Assembly (NCBI GenBank): GCA_977017575.1
Contig: CDRNVI010000012.1
Location: 558,001 to 622,000, forward strand
Source: Paramoeba atlantica
Lineage: Eukaryota > Protista > Discosea
DNA: 64,000 nt
Direction of reading: 5' to 3'
The first letter of the stretch is position 1. The number at the start of each line of letters is the position of its first letter. The translations under genes and the position numbers were made by a program. The notes under the pieces are model-generated. The model did no database searches and had not been told where the DNA came from. It worked only from the letters and a program-made list of their open reading frames with translations. This document shows, piece by piece, positions 38,466 through 51,313 of this stretch.

Positions 38466-41400
38466 TTAATAGGCACTTGCGTACATCCCAGTCTTGCCTT
38501 GCGAACTTCCCAGAAACTGGCGTAACTGGGCGTAGACTTCGTTTCCATTTAAGTCTTGGAGTAATAACTTGAAGTCCATCTCCACTGTCTTCCTATCCAA
38601 CATGGCTGCATCCGCAAGTGCATGTATCAGAAATCTTGTGTTCTGGTGGAGAGAACCGCAAGAAAAGATCGGAAGGCATTGAAACGCGAACTCTGGAATC
38701 ATACCGGTTGTAACGTAGGTATCTTTCTTCCGTTTAATTACGTCTTGCATTAGTTTCACGCAAGTTTTAGATTGGTTCGATGGCGCAAGCTCGTGTATTA
38801 TAGACACGTCGTAGAAGATTTCTCCGGTGCTCCAGAAAATGGCCAGATCCGGCCCCGATCGGTATAGCTGTCGACCGGTGCAACATTTTTCATGAGTCAT
38901 TTTATTCTCGGGTTCGACCTTTCGGCTACACACACCACACCGCCACGCACTGAAGGCTCGCGGCTCTTTTTCACACGGTATCCCCGCCTTATTGGCTAAG
39001 TCGAACAGGTATTTCACCAAACTATTATGTTTTGTTGTGGCATTAAAACCGTAGCACTGCACGCATCCAGGTATGTGGTGTAGAGCAGATTGACTGTTCA
39101 GTATTGTTTTGCACCCGGGGCATAACAGCTTCTCAGGTAGACGAGGATGGGCTATTCCTAATCGCGTCATAATGGCCATCTCGAAGTGTCGCGATGGGAC
39201 GAATCTAGCGGCAGACGTTAACCAGTCGTAACTTCCCTTGCGAGTAGTGGCGCTCAGTATTTTGGAAATATTTGGATTCTGTCTCAGTCTCTCCAGTACT
39301 TCCTCATGCTCTAAGGCTGCGATCGTTTTGTCATCTGTCGGGGGCTTTCGGTTTTGACCTTCGTTGGCAAGCGCTATATGATTTTCCACTGATCCACTCT
39401 GAGCAGAAAAGGATTTTTGTCGCTCATATGAGGAATACAATGAAGCTTCATACGCTGCTGCGCGAATTTTACTGCAGGACGTCAAACCTAAACCTCCCTT
39501 TTTCGCCGGTAACCGAGCCATCTTGATCTGATTCGCCGTTAGGGATCCAAGCCATGTGCTCAAAACGTCTTCAACTTTCTCATCAAAACAGTCAGCGATC
39601 TGCTCAGTGATGTCAGGCGGATGTACACGCACTGCGTACTGCATCTTCACGTTTATGCTGTGGGATAATAAACTGAGCGACACATTGTTAAGCCCCATGA
39701 TCTTCAGCCGACTGAAAGCTAAGTTATGTTGTTCAAGTTGGCCCGTCAGCCTCTCCGCCACCGTTGTATTCTTGCTAATGAATGCTCCCAACACCTTTGT
39801 GGCTTCATTTTCGTTGATGACTCCCGCATTCTCGAGACATGGCGGAATCGCAATTTGGTTCCTCCCGCCGAACCATACACATTTCTTGGCAGCAAGCTCT
39901 ATAGATTGTTCCTTGACGATTTCTTGGAGTCTGCCGAATGCTTTTTCGATGTCGGAGGCATTCATAGATGATATTGTGACGTCATCGATGTATGCGTGTA
40001 ATTCCACGTTCGGAAATTCCTTGGCCAGCGTCTCTCAAATGGGTTGCATATAGATACAAAAATAAAGAGAAGCTAACGGCGATCCCTGCCTGAGTCCCGA
40101 CGAACTTGGCACGACTCCAAACAATTTGTTTTCCGATCCGTAGAATAGAAGTTCAGAGGTGCCAGCGTATTCGACCTGGAAGAATCTTTGAAATGGTCGC
40201 AACGCGCTAAAGGCGAAAACGTGCTTTGCTATTTCTTTCCTGCATGGAGAATTAAACGCATTTTTAAAATCAATTGCGAGCATCGAATGACCTTTATTGT
40301 AACGCTCACGAAGTTTGTGGACTATTCGTTCGCATCCAGCCCGAGCAAATACTCCCTGTTGCATTGGAGCGAAGAGTGGTGCCAGAGTGTGTTCATACCG
40401 TTGCATGAGTACTATTCCAGCCAGTTTGTTGAGAACCTCGCCCATTGCTACGGGACGCACTCCTCCGCCCCCCTTCGGTATGGCGACCAGCCGAGCCCGG
40501 TTTAGACGCTGAGTTACATCCTTCGAGAGAAAGCCGTTTAGAAGATCGCGTATCATGTGACACAAGCTTCCGCAGGACACCTCGTCATCGGTCATGAGGC
40601 GCACAATACCGTCGGTCATTCCCGTAGGCCCGGGGCTAACTCCTTTCGCCAGCCTTTTGGCAGCGCTACGTAGCTCTTCAGGTGTGACCCCAGCCAAGGT
40701 GGGCGCGTCTTCGGGTGCCTCAAAGTCACATGGTTTTTGAGGATGCAACTCTGTTAACTTGTCCAAAACCTCCTCGTCGGACAAATTGATTGATTTAAAC
40801 TTTTGACTCAATGTTTTTGCCGCTTTACACGCGCACCCTTCCAAGACTAGTCTCTTTGCTTTGTTAATGGCACGTAAATCCTGGGCAGCATCGCTGTCAA
40901 CCGTCGCCTTCGGAGTGAAAGGTTTACGTCTTGTGCTGCGTTTATCCACATCTCGTATTGTCACCAATGATAGTTTCATCGCTGACAATAGCCGATGCCA
41001 AATCTGGTTTCGTTGCGCAAAATCGACATTTGCGTAGTTCCGTATAATATCGCGCAGTGTGGCGACGACGCACGGAATAAATTCTGGACTCACCGTTCGC
41101 ATGGTTGGGATCGGGAGATGATCAATTCCCTCGTTTCCGCAAGTCAAATGCTCCGCTAGTTGATGATTTTCCATGAAAGAGTCTCGCCGTACGGTCTCGT
41201 CTATCGAGGGAGGGGCCTGGTGCCATAATATACGATAAACTCTTACGGCTTCTTGTGGCGGAAGCGTTCCTTTGAATTCGTCGCCGACGCTGTACCCACG
41301 AACTCCTTGATACAACATAGATGATTTCCCCAGACCTCCACGTTTGCTGTGTGTCCGTGTGACTTTCCCGATAGATACGTTGATCTCGTCGTTGCGATCG

Positions 41401-42776
41401 AATGTCCACACAATCGTGCATTTTGTTCCCGCTTTGATCTGTTTAGATTGCTTCCATATCTCGTCCCCTGGTATCGGAAATTGGGTTTTAATATTGGCGG
41501 TTCCTTCCAAGCTCTCTGCCCATGCTTCGTCTATATGCCTCATATCTTCCTCCGCTCCATTTTCTCCGATAAATCGAATTCGCTGCTGCGGAACACTCTT
41601 CTCGGCATTTGCTGGCTCACCGTGTACTATGTTGCTGATCCTTGCCAGCTCGGTCAAACGTATTCCGTCTCCCGTGTTGTCGTCAATCAAGTTTGTTGGA
41701 GTTGTCAGTCTGGCATTTTCAATACTTCCTTGCACGTGATTAGTGGTTTCGTTCCCTATCTGCCTCACGTCGATCTGCTTAAGCAGGTCTTGTGGAGATT
41801 CGCAGTCGTGGTAGACAATGTCCTCTCGCGATGTGATTTCGTCATCCCCCGAGGTTGTACCGCTGATCTTGGTGGGAGTAATCTCGCTAATTTTCTGCGG
41901 CGTTGCTCCCTTAGTTAGTCGCGTCACGTGGTCGTCATTTCTTGCGTTGATCTCACTTTTCCGGATGTTCTTGGGAGATTCCTCGTTCTTCTGATGTGTT
42001 GTGTGTGCCTCTGTATTCCTTCCGATTCTTGCCAAAATCTCCTCATTAACTAAGTTGAGCTTCGGTCTGCGCTTCGGACGGTTCAGAAACTTTGGCTTTC
42101 GTGGGGCAGTATTGATCTCCCCTTCTATGTCTCTTACTCGGTTTTCTTCTGCTCGACTGTCTGGGGTCCGATTATTGCAGTTTTTGTTACTTCCTGGCGT
42201 TGTTGCTCCTGGCTTTGTTCCGCACATCTTTCCTTCCTCGTCCCTCTCTCGGTCCTTTCTCGATCCCACGTCGTCCGCAGTCGTCGCATTTCGTGTGGCC
42301 CGATTTCGGCTGAAGTTGATCAATTCGCGCGTAGATGATACGATTTTAATTTTTCTGGGTACTAGCAATGGCAGTGGCAACTGATTATCCACTTTGGACT
42401 TCGAGTTTTCTTCCGTGGAAAGCGTCGCAAGCGGATGGCGACTCGGTGATTGTGACAAAGGCAGCGCGGCTGGAGGGGGAGAAGGCGCGGCGGGAGGAGA
42501 AGGCGGCGCTACGGGGGGAGTAGAAGGTGGCGCAGCGGGAAGAGGGGAAGGCGATCGCGTCGTAGGGAACGACAGCGCGCGCGGCAGAGGAGGAGGCGAC
42601 ATTGGGAGCGGCAGCGCTGGAGGTGGTGATGGCGCACGCAGCGGAGTAGGAGGAGGTGACGGTAGAGGAATTGACGGCTCGCGCGGCGGCGGTGGAGGCA
42701 ACGTCGGTGGAGGAGAAGCGCCCGACGATGGCTCCCGCCCTAAAGGGTATTTTTTCTTCCGGCGGGTCGGCGGCAC
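38466..42776 (-). pseudogene. Near-full-length CRE-like polyprotein (family B, about 1436 codons) with one in-frame TGA
   Basis: ORFs 40035-42776 and 38466-40007 share a frame. Pro-rich N-terminus; RT motifs SPGPTG, RPVAMGE, DFKNAFN, GLRQGSPL, AYIDD; CPGC..HIPGC; GPDL...YDVS. Confidence 0.9.
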
Positions 42777-42867
42777 GGCTGGACAACGGGAGCTACTCCC
42801 GTCTCCTTCGCGCGGCTCCGGGTGAACATGCCCATGAAGGGTGAGAGAATAAGAAAAGGAAAAAAGA

Positions 42868-42903
42868 CAACAAGGTACAGAAACTGTATCTTTATCGTTA
42901 AAG
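42868..42903 (-). other. Spliced-leader exon (36 nt) heading the CRE-like element
   Basis: Reverse complement reads CTTTAACGATAAAGATACAGTTTCTGTACCTTGTTG, about 90 bp upstream of the ATG at 42776. Confidence 0.85.
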
Positions 42904-42930
42904 GAGATGTATCTTTATCGTTATAGGAGA

Positions 42931-44125
42931 TGACGACACGATCAGTAATCAGCTGCTAGCCTCCCTAGAAAAGCACGCCACGATCTTCCGGAGGCTGACA
43001 AAAATGGGTGCCAACAATGCATCAATGTTAATCCTCTCCAAGTGTGTTAATGTTAGACACCGATTCCACATCCGAGTGCACCACCCTGACACAACGCGAG
43101 CCTTGGCAGAATCATTTGACCAAAAAGTTGAAGACGTCTTAAAAGTATGGTTCGGACCTCTCAGTGAGGACCAAATTGACCTTGCGAGACTGCCCATAAA
43201 ACAAGGTGGGCTCGGATTAAGTGCAACTTTTCCTCTTAGACAATCCGCATACGAAGCAGCAAAACATGCCGTTCTTGAGCGCTAAATTATCCCCTCAGCT
43301 CGGGCAGCATGTCACGTGTCGTCCGCGATGCCTTTAGGCGAAGTTACAGCAAATGCGAGCATTCCCGAGGATGAATTCACGGCAGACACACGAATCAACG
43401 ACATAACGCGCAAAAGACTGTTAGAAAACAAACAGATGGGCCCGATAATTAAGGCGTGCAGCCAAAAAGGGAGTTCTTCCTGGCTTATGGAAACGGAACG
43501 CATCATCAACAAGCAGCAATACACTTTGGCCGTAATGCCTCGTCTAGGCATCGCGCACCCACACCTTCCCGAAGAACTCACCTGCCCTGGGTGCAAAACA
43601 CTGCTCAATGCAAAAACTGCACTTACCCATATCCCGGGCTGTGTAAAGTGTAAAGGCCAAAATGCCACAACCAAACACAATGCCCTGGTCCGTTTTCTGT
43701 ACGATCTATGCTTACGTGCCGGAATACCTTGTGAACGGGAACCCCGCCAATTTACCTCGTACACTTGCTCTTCCTGCTCAACGAATGTCTCTCCCGATGG
43801 AAAGAAAGAACATGTCAGATCCTGTCAAGGCGCCACTTTCTATAGATCTGGGCCAGACCTTTGCATTCACTGGGCTACGGGAGAAGTATTTTATGACTTA
43901 ACAGTCATACACGAGCTCTCCCCCGCTAACCTGAACTCTTCATGCCAAAGCTTGCTGCGAGATGTCTTCAATCGAAAACAAAGCAAGTACGTAAAATCAG
44001 GACTTATTCCCGCAGATCAATTCGCATGCGTCCCAGTCTTCTCCAGTGGGAGCCTGCACCTCAACACTCGCACTCTGTTGGGCACTCTAGCGGACCCTCA
44101 GGGACACCTCGTGTATTACGGTTAA
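42931..44125 (+). pseudogene. 3' fragment of a CRE-like family B element
   Basis: ORFs 43004-43285 and 43316-44125: LEKHATIFRRL, HIRVH, LPIKQGGLGL, CPGC, SGPDL, YDLTV. Confidence 0.85.
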
Positions 44126-44251
44126 GTCATAGTAGACCTCGCCGTTGTTCCAATAAATAACGAGATCCGGTCCGGATCGGCATAGCCGTCAACCTGAAAA
44201 CTCCCCCTGTCTGTCTCACAGGTCCGCAGACGCGAGCGAAACCTTCTTTGA

Positions 44252-45618
44252 TTGCGTTTCCCCGCTCACGATACAGGTGCAGGAAGGAAACCAGCGCTGG
44301 GCATTCGAGTCGCAGATCGCCCGATCGATCCTCCAAAGCGCGACAAAACACGCAAGTCAAAATCCAATGTTTCTCTTAAAACGTTAGAATCATCGCCAGT
44401 AGGATCGAACAGCGCTCAAGGGCCAAATCAATGCACATCACCGCGGCCAAAGCAAACACCTCCGCCGCCAGCAAACGCCATGCCACCACCGAACACCACG
44501 CTAGAGACACAACGAGTCACCGGAACACCACCGGACACCACGCAAGACACACAACGAGTCACGTCACCGCGGCCAAAGCAAACACCTCCGCCGCCAACAA
44601 GCGCCGCACCACCACCGAAAACACCACCGCCGAACACCACGCTAAAGACACAACAAGTCACGTCACCGCGGCCAAAGCACGCAACACCGCCACCGATAAC
44701 CACGATTCCACCCCCGGACAACGCACAAGCCACACGAATCACGTCACCGCCGAAGCACACGAATCCCCCATCATTATCAACAAGAAGCCTCGTCCGTCGC
44801 AGAAAAATTTACTTTGCAAGGGAGCCTAAACCGTCTGAACATCAGGTCGTGATAAATCAGCGCACCACACAGTCACCAATGAACACCACTACACCGTCGG
44901 ACACCACGCAAAACACCGCGTCGGACACCACGCAAGACACACAACGAATCGAGACACAACGAGTCAAGTCACCGCGGCCAAAGCAAACACCTCCGCCGCC
45001 GACAAATGTCACCCGAACACCACGCTAGAATCACCGAACACTACGCTCGAGACACAACGAGTCACGTCACCGCGGCCAAAGCACGCAATGCCGTTACCAA
45101 TGAACACGACTCCACCACCAGACACCGCACAAGCCACACGAATCATGTCACCTCCGAAGCACACGAACCCCCCATCAATATCAACAAGAAGCCTCGTCCG
45201 TCGCAAAAAAATTTACTTTGCAAAAGAGCCAAAACCATCTGAACATCAGGTCGTGATAAATCAGCTCACAGGGTTCAAAAACAACGCAACAACATCTACT
45301 CCCGTGTCCTACGTAAGAGCGTTGTCGGCGTCTCCGGAGCGAATAAATTCAAATGAAACGCCCTTGAGTGAAGCAGTCCCGAATGAAGACATTACAAACA
45401 AATCTGACCGAAGGGAAGCTACCCCAAGCGAAGCCAATCCAAGAGCAGCATCGGCTGAAGCACGCGGACAGATAAGCACGCCTGAGGCTAACGAGGTGCA
45501 TTGGAATGATATGTCGGACCACAACACAACACCTGTAGCAACTCCCGGGACCAATCATCAACCAAAACATTCTATGATTGTGAGTCTCCAGAAGGGGCGC
45601 AGGCTCCGGTCCAATTAG
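44252..45618 (+). repeat. Pro/Thr-rich minisatellite-like coding repeats, probably a retroelement N-terminus
   Basis: Repeated GAGACACAACGAGTCACGTCACCGCGGCCAAAGC units (ETQRVTSPRPK) and a duplicated SLVRRRKIYFAREPKPSEHQVVINQ block. Confidence 0.65.
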
Positions 45619-45930
45619 ATCTTCGAGGCGAAATCAACGAGAACCACGCAGGGGGAAACAATGTAGGGGTAAACAACAGCGATGATGATGACGATGATGA
45701 TTTGGGCCTTTTGACTCCGAAAAGTTATGGCCCCTCAACTCCCCAAACGGGCAGTCCGAATACGTCTTGCGACGTATCCGGAGAGCCAGCCGTAGCAAGC
45801 TATGGCTGACCTCCGCTTGGAGAGGAGTTAAGTTTCCAATATTAAAATATATCAGGAATTCACCCTAGTTTTGTAGTACCTCGTTATATTGGTACCAGGT
45901 GGCCCTGATTTGGTATTAGGTTGTATGTTT

Positions 45931-46320
45931 CTAAACTTTAGGTTTTCTTATTCGACGCCGTTTTAGTTTTGAGGTTTCCTTATGTATTTCTATTTTTTGA
46001 TTCCAAATCTTCTTACTCTGGGCTTCTTGTTTCCATGTTATCTCCTTCATGTCGATTCTCTCCAAGGCATGTCGCAAAGGTTTCTCATATTGGCTTGGGT
46101 TTCCCAGCCGTTCAACATCAAATAAAATTTTGTTAGGCATTCTATCTGGACTCATGCGGGCGATGTGTCCTGCTAGTTGAAGTACTCTAGAGTCAATTTT
46201 TATTTGCAAACTTTCTATCCCTGAAATGGAAAGTATTTCTTCGTAAGTATAAATTTTTCCAACAGCGATGGAAACACAATCGATCAAGACGAAATCATTC
46301 ACACACTTGTCCAAACAATT
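45931..46320 (-). pseudogene. RTE-like LINE C-terminal fragment
   Basis: LQLAGHIARMSPDRMPNKILF...W...A...W matches the post-RT motif LxWxGHxxRMxxxRxPxxxL. Confidence 0.55.
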
Positions 46321-46322
46321 AA

Positions 46323-48636
46323 TCCTACAGAGCAATTCCCGCTTCCCCCCGATGAAGTATACGAGCGATCAAACGGAGTCAAAATCGGAGATACGTGCGT
46401 CATTGCCTGGAGCTTCGATTGCAACCCCCTGCTTAACGTGTCGAAAGGAGTGGTAAAAAGTGTTCAAAAGCGTATGAATGCCGCAGGCATGAGGAAGATT
46501 ACAATGGAATACGTCGGACTGCATGGACACAAAGTAGGGGATAAATTTCCAGGCCACATACCACCACACGCAAACGTGCGCATTTTCAGGATAAACTGGG
46601 CTTCAGAAAACAGCACAGAGGATTCAACTAAATCACGCAGTACCAAGCGAGCTTCCTATCACACCGAAACTGACTTAGACCTAGAGCCAATGCCAACCAT
46701 GCGTTCAGTCGGCCCAGATTTTACTACGTGCGTAGTCGCGATCTACCGCGATATAGTCCGGGAGTATGCTGAAAGCACTTATCCCCACCGGAACCGCATT
46801 TGGAATAAGGTCCTCTCGGCCATGAAATACTCTCTGGCCACCATTCGTAAAGTGAGCACAAAGCGCCGCCGACGTAGACCCATTGGAGAACTGCAGCCAC
46901 AAGGGAACGACCCGAAGGATCAAAGCGCGATAAACGATAAGCGAGCAATCAAAAAAGCAGTGAGCCAACTTCACGCCGTTATTAAGAGCACATCCGGAGT
47001 GCGACAAGGCTCTGCCCTCTCTTCTCTATACTTCTGTGCCCTGCTCCAAGATGCGCTAGTTGAAGTCGCCAAGCTGTTTCCTGACGTGAAAATCCGAGCG
47101 TACATGGATGATGTCACTATGTCGTCGAAAAATCAATCATGCCTAGAGGCTGCATTCTTACACCTCCGCGAACTATCTGCCGACTTAGCGCTTAAAATTA
47201 ATTTTACAAAATCGGAGTGGTTTAACAAAGAAATAGATAACGCGACGAACGAGCTTCCATCCACACTTCGATCTTTAGGTGTAGCCCAACGCGAAGATGT
47301 TATCAAAATCCTCGGTGCCTACATTGGAGAACACAATAAAGTCAGCGATCGGCTCGTTGGAAAACTTGAAAAGCACAAATGTCTGTTCCGAAGGTTAAGG
47401 AAAATGGGGCCCAGCAACATTTCTTTGGCAATGCTCCAACGATCTGCACTCCCGCGTAATGACTATCATCTACGAGTTCACCGACCGGCCGACTCCTTAC
47501 TCATTGCACAACATTTCGATAAAGAGATCGACAGCATAGTTTCGCACTGGTTTTTTGCTGATACTTCCTCAACGCAACTAGCCTCGCTTCCACAGCACCT
47601 TGGAGGACTAGGTTTGACTCCCTCCGTCTTGAAACATCGCTATTCTTTTGACACAGCATCCAAGTCTATTGACGAGGAAATGAAAACCACAAAAGCTCCG
47701 GTAGACTTGCGCAAGTCAAAGACTTCCAAGTTTGGGGACAGTGGCATCATAAAACCATCACCGAAACAACAGGCAGCCCGAACTCAAGCGATGAAGGCAT
47801 TAAAACAGGAACAGAAGAAACTGGCAACGGAGCTACGCAAAGACTTACGACTCGACTCCATACTTAAGCTAACTACATCCTCTTTTCGTCATTTACAGTC
47901 TACGTCCGGTTACGTCAATCCGTACCTCTTCCGATATGCTATTATGATGCGATTGGGGATCAAACCTCCAACATTGACAGATAAGCTTGACTGTCCTGGC
48001 TGCGCCGCCGAAATCAGCTCCTATGATATCTTCCAACACATTGTTGGGTGTACGAAATGTAACGGAATGAACGCCACCAGAAAGCATTCTTATCTCGTCA
48101 GGTTCCTTGCGTCACTCTGTTCTAAAGCTGGTGTTCCCTGTGTAGTGGAGCCGCGCTCGCATGCCTCCTTCTACTGCATGAAGTACAAGGCTCACATTTC
48201 CGAGGGAGCGATAGACAAACACCCTTGCCGAGCCCGAAGAATAAGATCAGGCCCTGATCTCGGAATCATGTGGCCTCACATGGGTGAAGTGCTATATGAC
48301 CTTACAGTAGTTCATACTGGAAGCCCTAGTTACCGTAAAATGACGGAAGCTCAGTTACTGCAGAACGCCATTGAGAGAAAACAGAAAAAGTACGTTCTAT
48401 CTGGTGGAGTAGATGAAGATTATTTTAGATGCCTACCAATGACAGAGAGTGGTTATCTTCATGAAAACACACGCAAACTATTAACATCTTTAGCCAAAAA
48501 AGCAAACCTAGATATATGTGAAGTCACCGAAGCTTTTCAACTTGAGATTGAAAAGCTGAATGCATACACTATTGTCACGCAGTTACGTGACAGCCTGCCA
48601 AAGGCCGTCTGGCTAGGCTCGATAAAAGCGCAATAA
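46323..48636 (+). pseudogene. CRE-like element with the RT N-terminal half deleted
   Basis: ORF 46438-48636 jumps from KKAVSQ to SGVRQGSALSS. It retains AYMDD, CPGC, GPDL and YDLTVVH. Confidence 0.85.
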
Positions 48637-48761
48637 TTTATAATAGTAATTGGAATTCTTATTACTCAGAATATTTGGGCCAGCGAATAAGTTAGTAGTT
48701 TACAATGTCGAAGTTTCAATGTCGAACGTTGGACGAGGTACGACATTGTAGTTTACGGTTA

Positions 48762-48900
48762 AGGCCATCTTTTTGTTAAGACCATCTTTTTGTTAAGAGA
48801 TCCCACGTTATCTCCGAACTGGGCTGATCACGGCGTACATGAGAATCCTCCTGAAGACCATCGTTTTTTGTAAGACCATCGTTTTTTGTAAGACCATCGT
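48762..48900. repeat. Short tandem repeats, AGACCATC(G)TTTTTGT
   Basis: About five imperfect copies in two clusters. Confidence 0.6.
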
Positions 48901-48997
48901 GAGCCTGGTATTAGACGGTTGTGTTTCAAAGGCGTCTCAGCTGCTAGACCAGGAAATAAGAGCGAAGGTCCTAAGCGACGCTTAAACTTTCCAAAAA

Positions 48998-50098
48998 TTG
49001 CGCGAACTGCACCCGGAGATACCTACAACGTTCCGACTACCCAGTGATGCACCAATAACGGCGTGCATCGACCCACTCGAGCTGCGAGAAGCAGGGAGAC
49101 GGATGGCAAAAGTCGCAGCGCCTGGCCCCACAGGAACCACCGATTCCATATTGCGAATGCTCCTAGACGATGAAATATGCTGCTTAAGCCTTTCGCATAT
49201 GATGACCGACCTGATCAACGGATCGCTGTCCAAAGAGGTCATGAAACGACTACTACGTGCGCGAATTGTCGCAATACCCAAGCCTGATCAAGGTGTACGC
49301 CCGGTAGCTGTAGGGGAAGTATGGCTAAAACTTGCGGAAATAGTTCTGCTCCAACGTCACGAGAAAAAACTAACTCCACTTTTCGTACCTCTGCAATACG
49401 GAGTAATGATCAAGTCCGGGTGCGAAAAAGTAGTTCACGAGCTTGCAGAACGATACTCGGAAGGTTGCGCGATTTTGTCTATTGATCTCCAAAATGCATT
49501 CAACTCGCCATCCCGGGACGATATCGCAAGAGCTGTGTTTGGCCAATGCACTCTCAGACCGTTCCAGCGCTTGTTCTACGCAGAGTATGGAACCCCCTCT
49601 GAGCTTTTGTACTATGGTAGGGACGGAGAGCTATTCGACGTGTTGTCCAGCTCTGCAGGAGTACGCCAAGGGTCGCCCTTGTCAACAATCTTATTCTGCG
49701 CATTCCTGCAGCCAGTTTTGGAAACTATTAAAGCCGAGTACCCACAGATGCACGTTTATGCTTTTATCGACGATAGGAATTTTGCATCGAAAGACACCGT
49801 ACTTTTGACAAGTGCATTCGCAAGACTTAAAGAATTACTTCAACAGAGGCTTATCGAACTGTCTCCCACCAAATGTTTATGGCTTGAAGGTACCAATCAC
49901 ATTTGCATCCCGAACGAACTACGCGAACAAGGGATAAAAACGGAGTCACATGCCATGAAAGTATTGGGTGCGTACGTGGGAGATGCCACTGAGGTAAAAG
50001 GGCAATTGTTATTGAAGCTGAAAAAGCATCGAACCGCCTTCCGCCGCCTCGAACAAATGGGCGCCAGCAACATATCCCTTCTTCTACTATCTAATTGA
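48998..50098 (+). pseudogene. CRE-like RT fragment; 5' part of an element split by the VIPER nest
   Basis: Motifs APGPTG, RPVAVGE, DLQNAFN, GVRQGSPL, AFIDD. Confidence 0.88.
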
Positions 50099-50260
50099 AG
50101 TCTACGGAAAGAATTTTGCTAGAAGATTATATAGGTTATTGAGATGATTTTATAGCATAGTGATTGTATTTCATATGTTCAAGTTGATATGTAGAATATT
50201 GGTTCATACGTTTTCATCTGTGCGTATAGATTTTATTCTCGCTTTACGAACAAAAAAGAA

Positions 50261-51313
50261 ATGGTACTACCGTCTACGAGGGATTTAGTTGCGCGTACTC
50301 GGAGCAGCTCTCCGTTAGAAAGTCTACATCGTGAGGAATCGCAACGCGAAGAACAACGTGAAGATGGAGGTCGAAAAAACCCGTTGAATGTCAATCGTAT
50401 GCGTGCCATTTGTACTCGAATTCGGGAGTTCCTTATGTTGATGCCGGGAGAAAGTCCCGCTCTTGGCATTACCGCGGAGTGGAAACGGAAAGACTCGCCT
50501 AATTCAGAGATTCGTAAGACGACGGCAAAAGTTCGCAAGGAAGGTTTGGACCTATGGGAAAATGAAGCAAGTAAGGAATATCCGTTTCCGCATCCTGACA
50601 TGAATTATTATGATATTGAAATTGATTCGGAAATTAACCAGGAACAAATGGAAGAGGAAGCCCAAGTGGAGAATGAGATTGGTGAGCACATGGACCCCAA
50701 TAATTTGGATCCGTACGAGCCCATCACTTTCGAGGCATGGATTATGTCGGCGGACAAATTCAAAGTGCGAGATTTGATACGGGAGTTGAAAGATGCGCCT
50801 GAATTCGGTTTACGCATAGATCAATTCTTTGTGGATCGAACCTTTATCAAACAACAAGAACGGAATTTTGAGAACCTTTTCGTAAAGTGGATCATCTACG
50901 CTCGATAAACCCCGAATTGGAACAAAGGCACATATCTGGAAATCGGTAAAGGTATCATACAACTCTTACGCGACTCATACTGGAAGGCACGAAGAATGGA
51001 TGTGGAAGCGGTGCACCAGAAAATGAGCAAAGATGAACGTCCTCAAGATAAATTTTACCAGCACATTGCAGAGCAGATGGAGGAGCGTAACAAGCAGTGG
51101 AACAAAAGTGTGTCTATGCGAGGACGGGGACGAGGATTTCGCGGTGGAATGACCAGTTATCGAGGGCGAAGCTACGCTCAGAATGAATTATTATGCTATC
51201 ATTGTCGTGAACCGGGGCATATGCAACGATTTTGTCCTGCATTGAAGAAAGAACAAGAGGATTTTCGTCGCAGGGTGACTGGCCCTGCCGAACAAGGCAG
51301 CAAAAGGTATTAG
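50261..51313 (+). pseudogene. gag: gag-like ORF with CCHC knuckle and one in-frame TAA at 50906
   Basis: ORFs 50261-50908 and 50996-51313 share a frame; CYHCREPGHMQRFC. Confidence 0.8.

Noticed and set aside
15100-50908. Stop-codon reassignment suggested by several single in-frame stops (15415, about 15700, 23030, 40035, 50906)
   Set aside because: The stops are mixed TAA and TGA at unrelated residues, and all three stop codons end intact ORFs at homologous positions. Ordinary nonsense mutation explains them.
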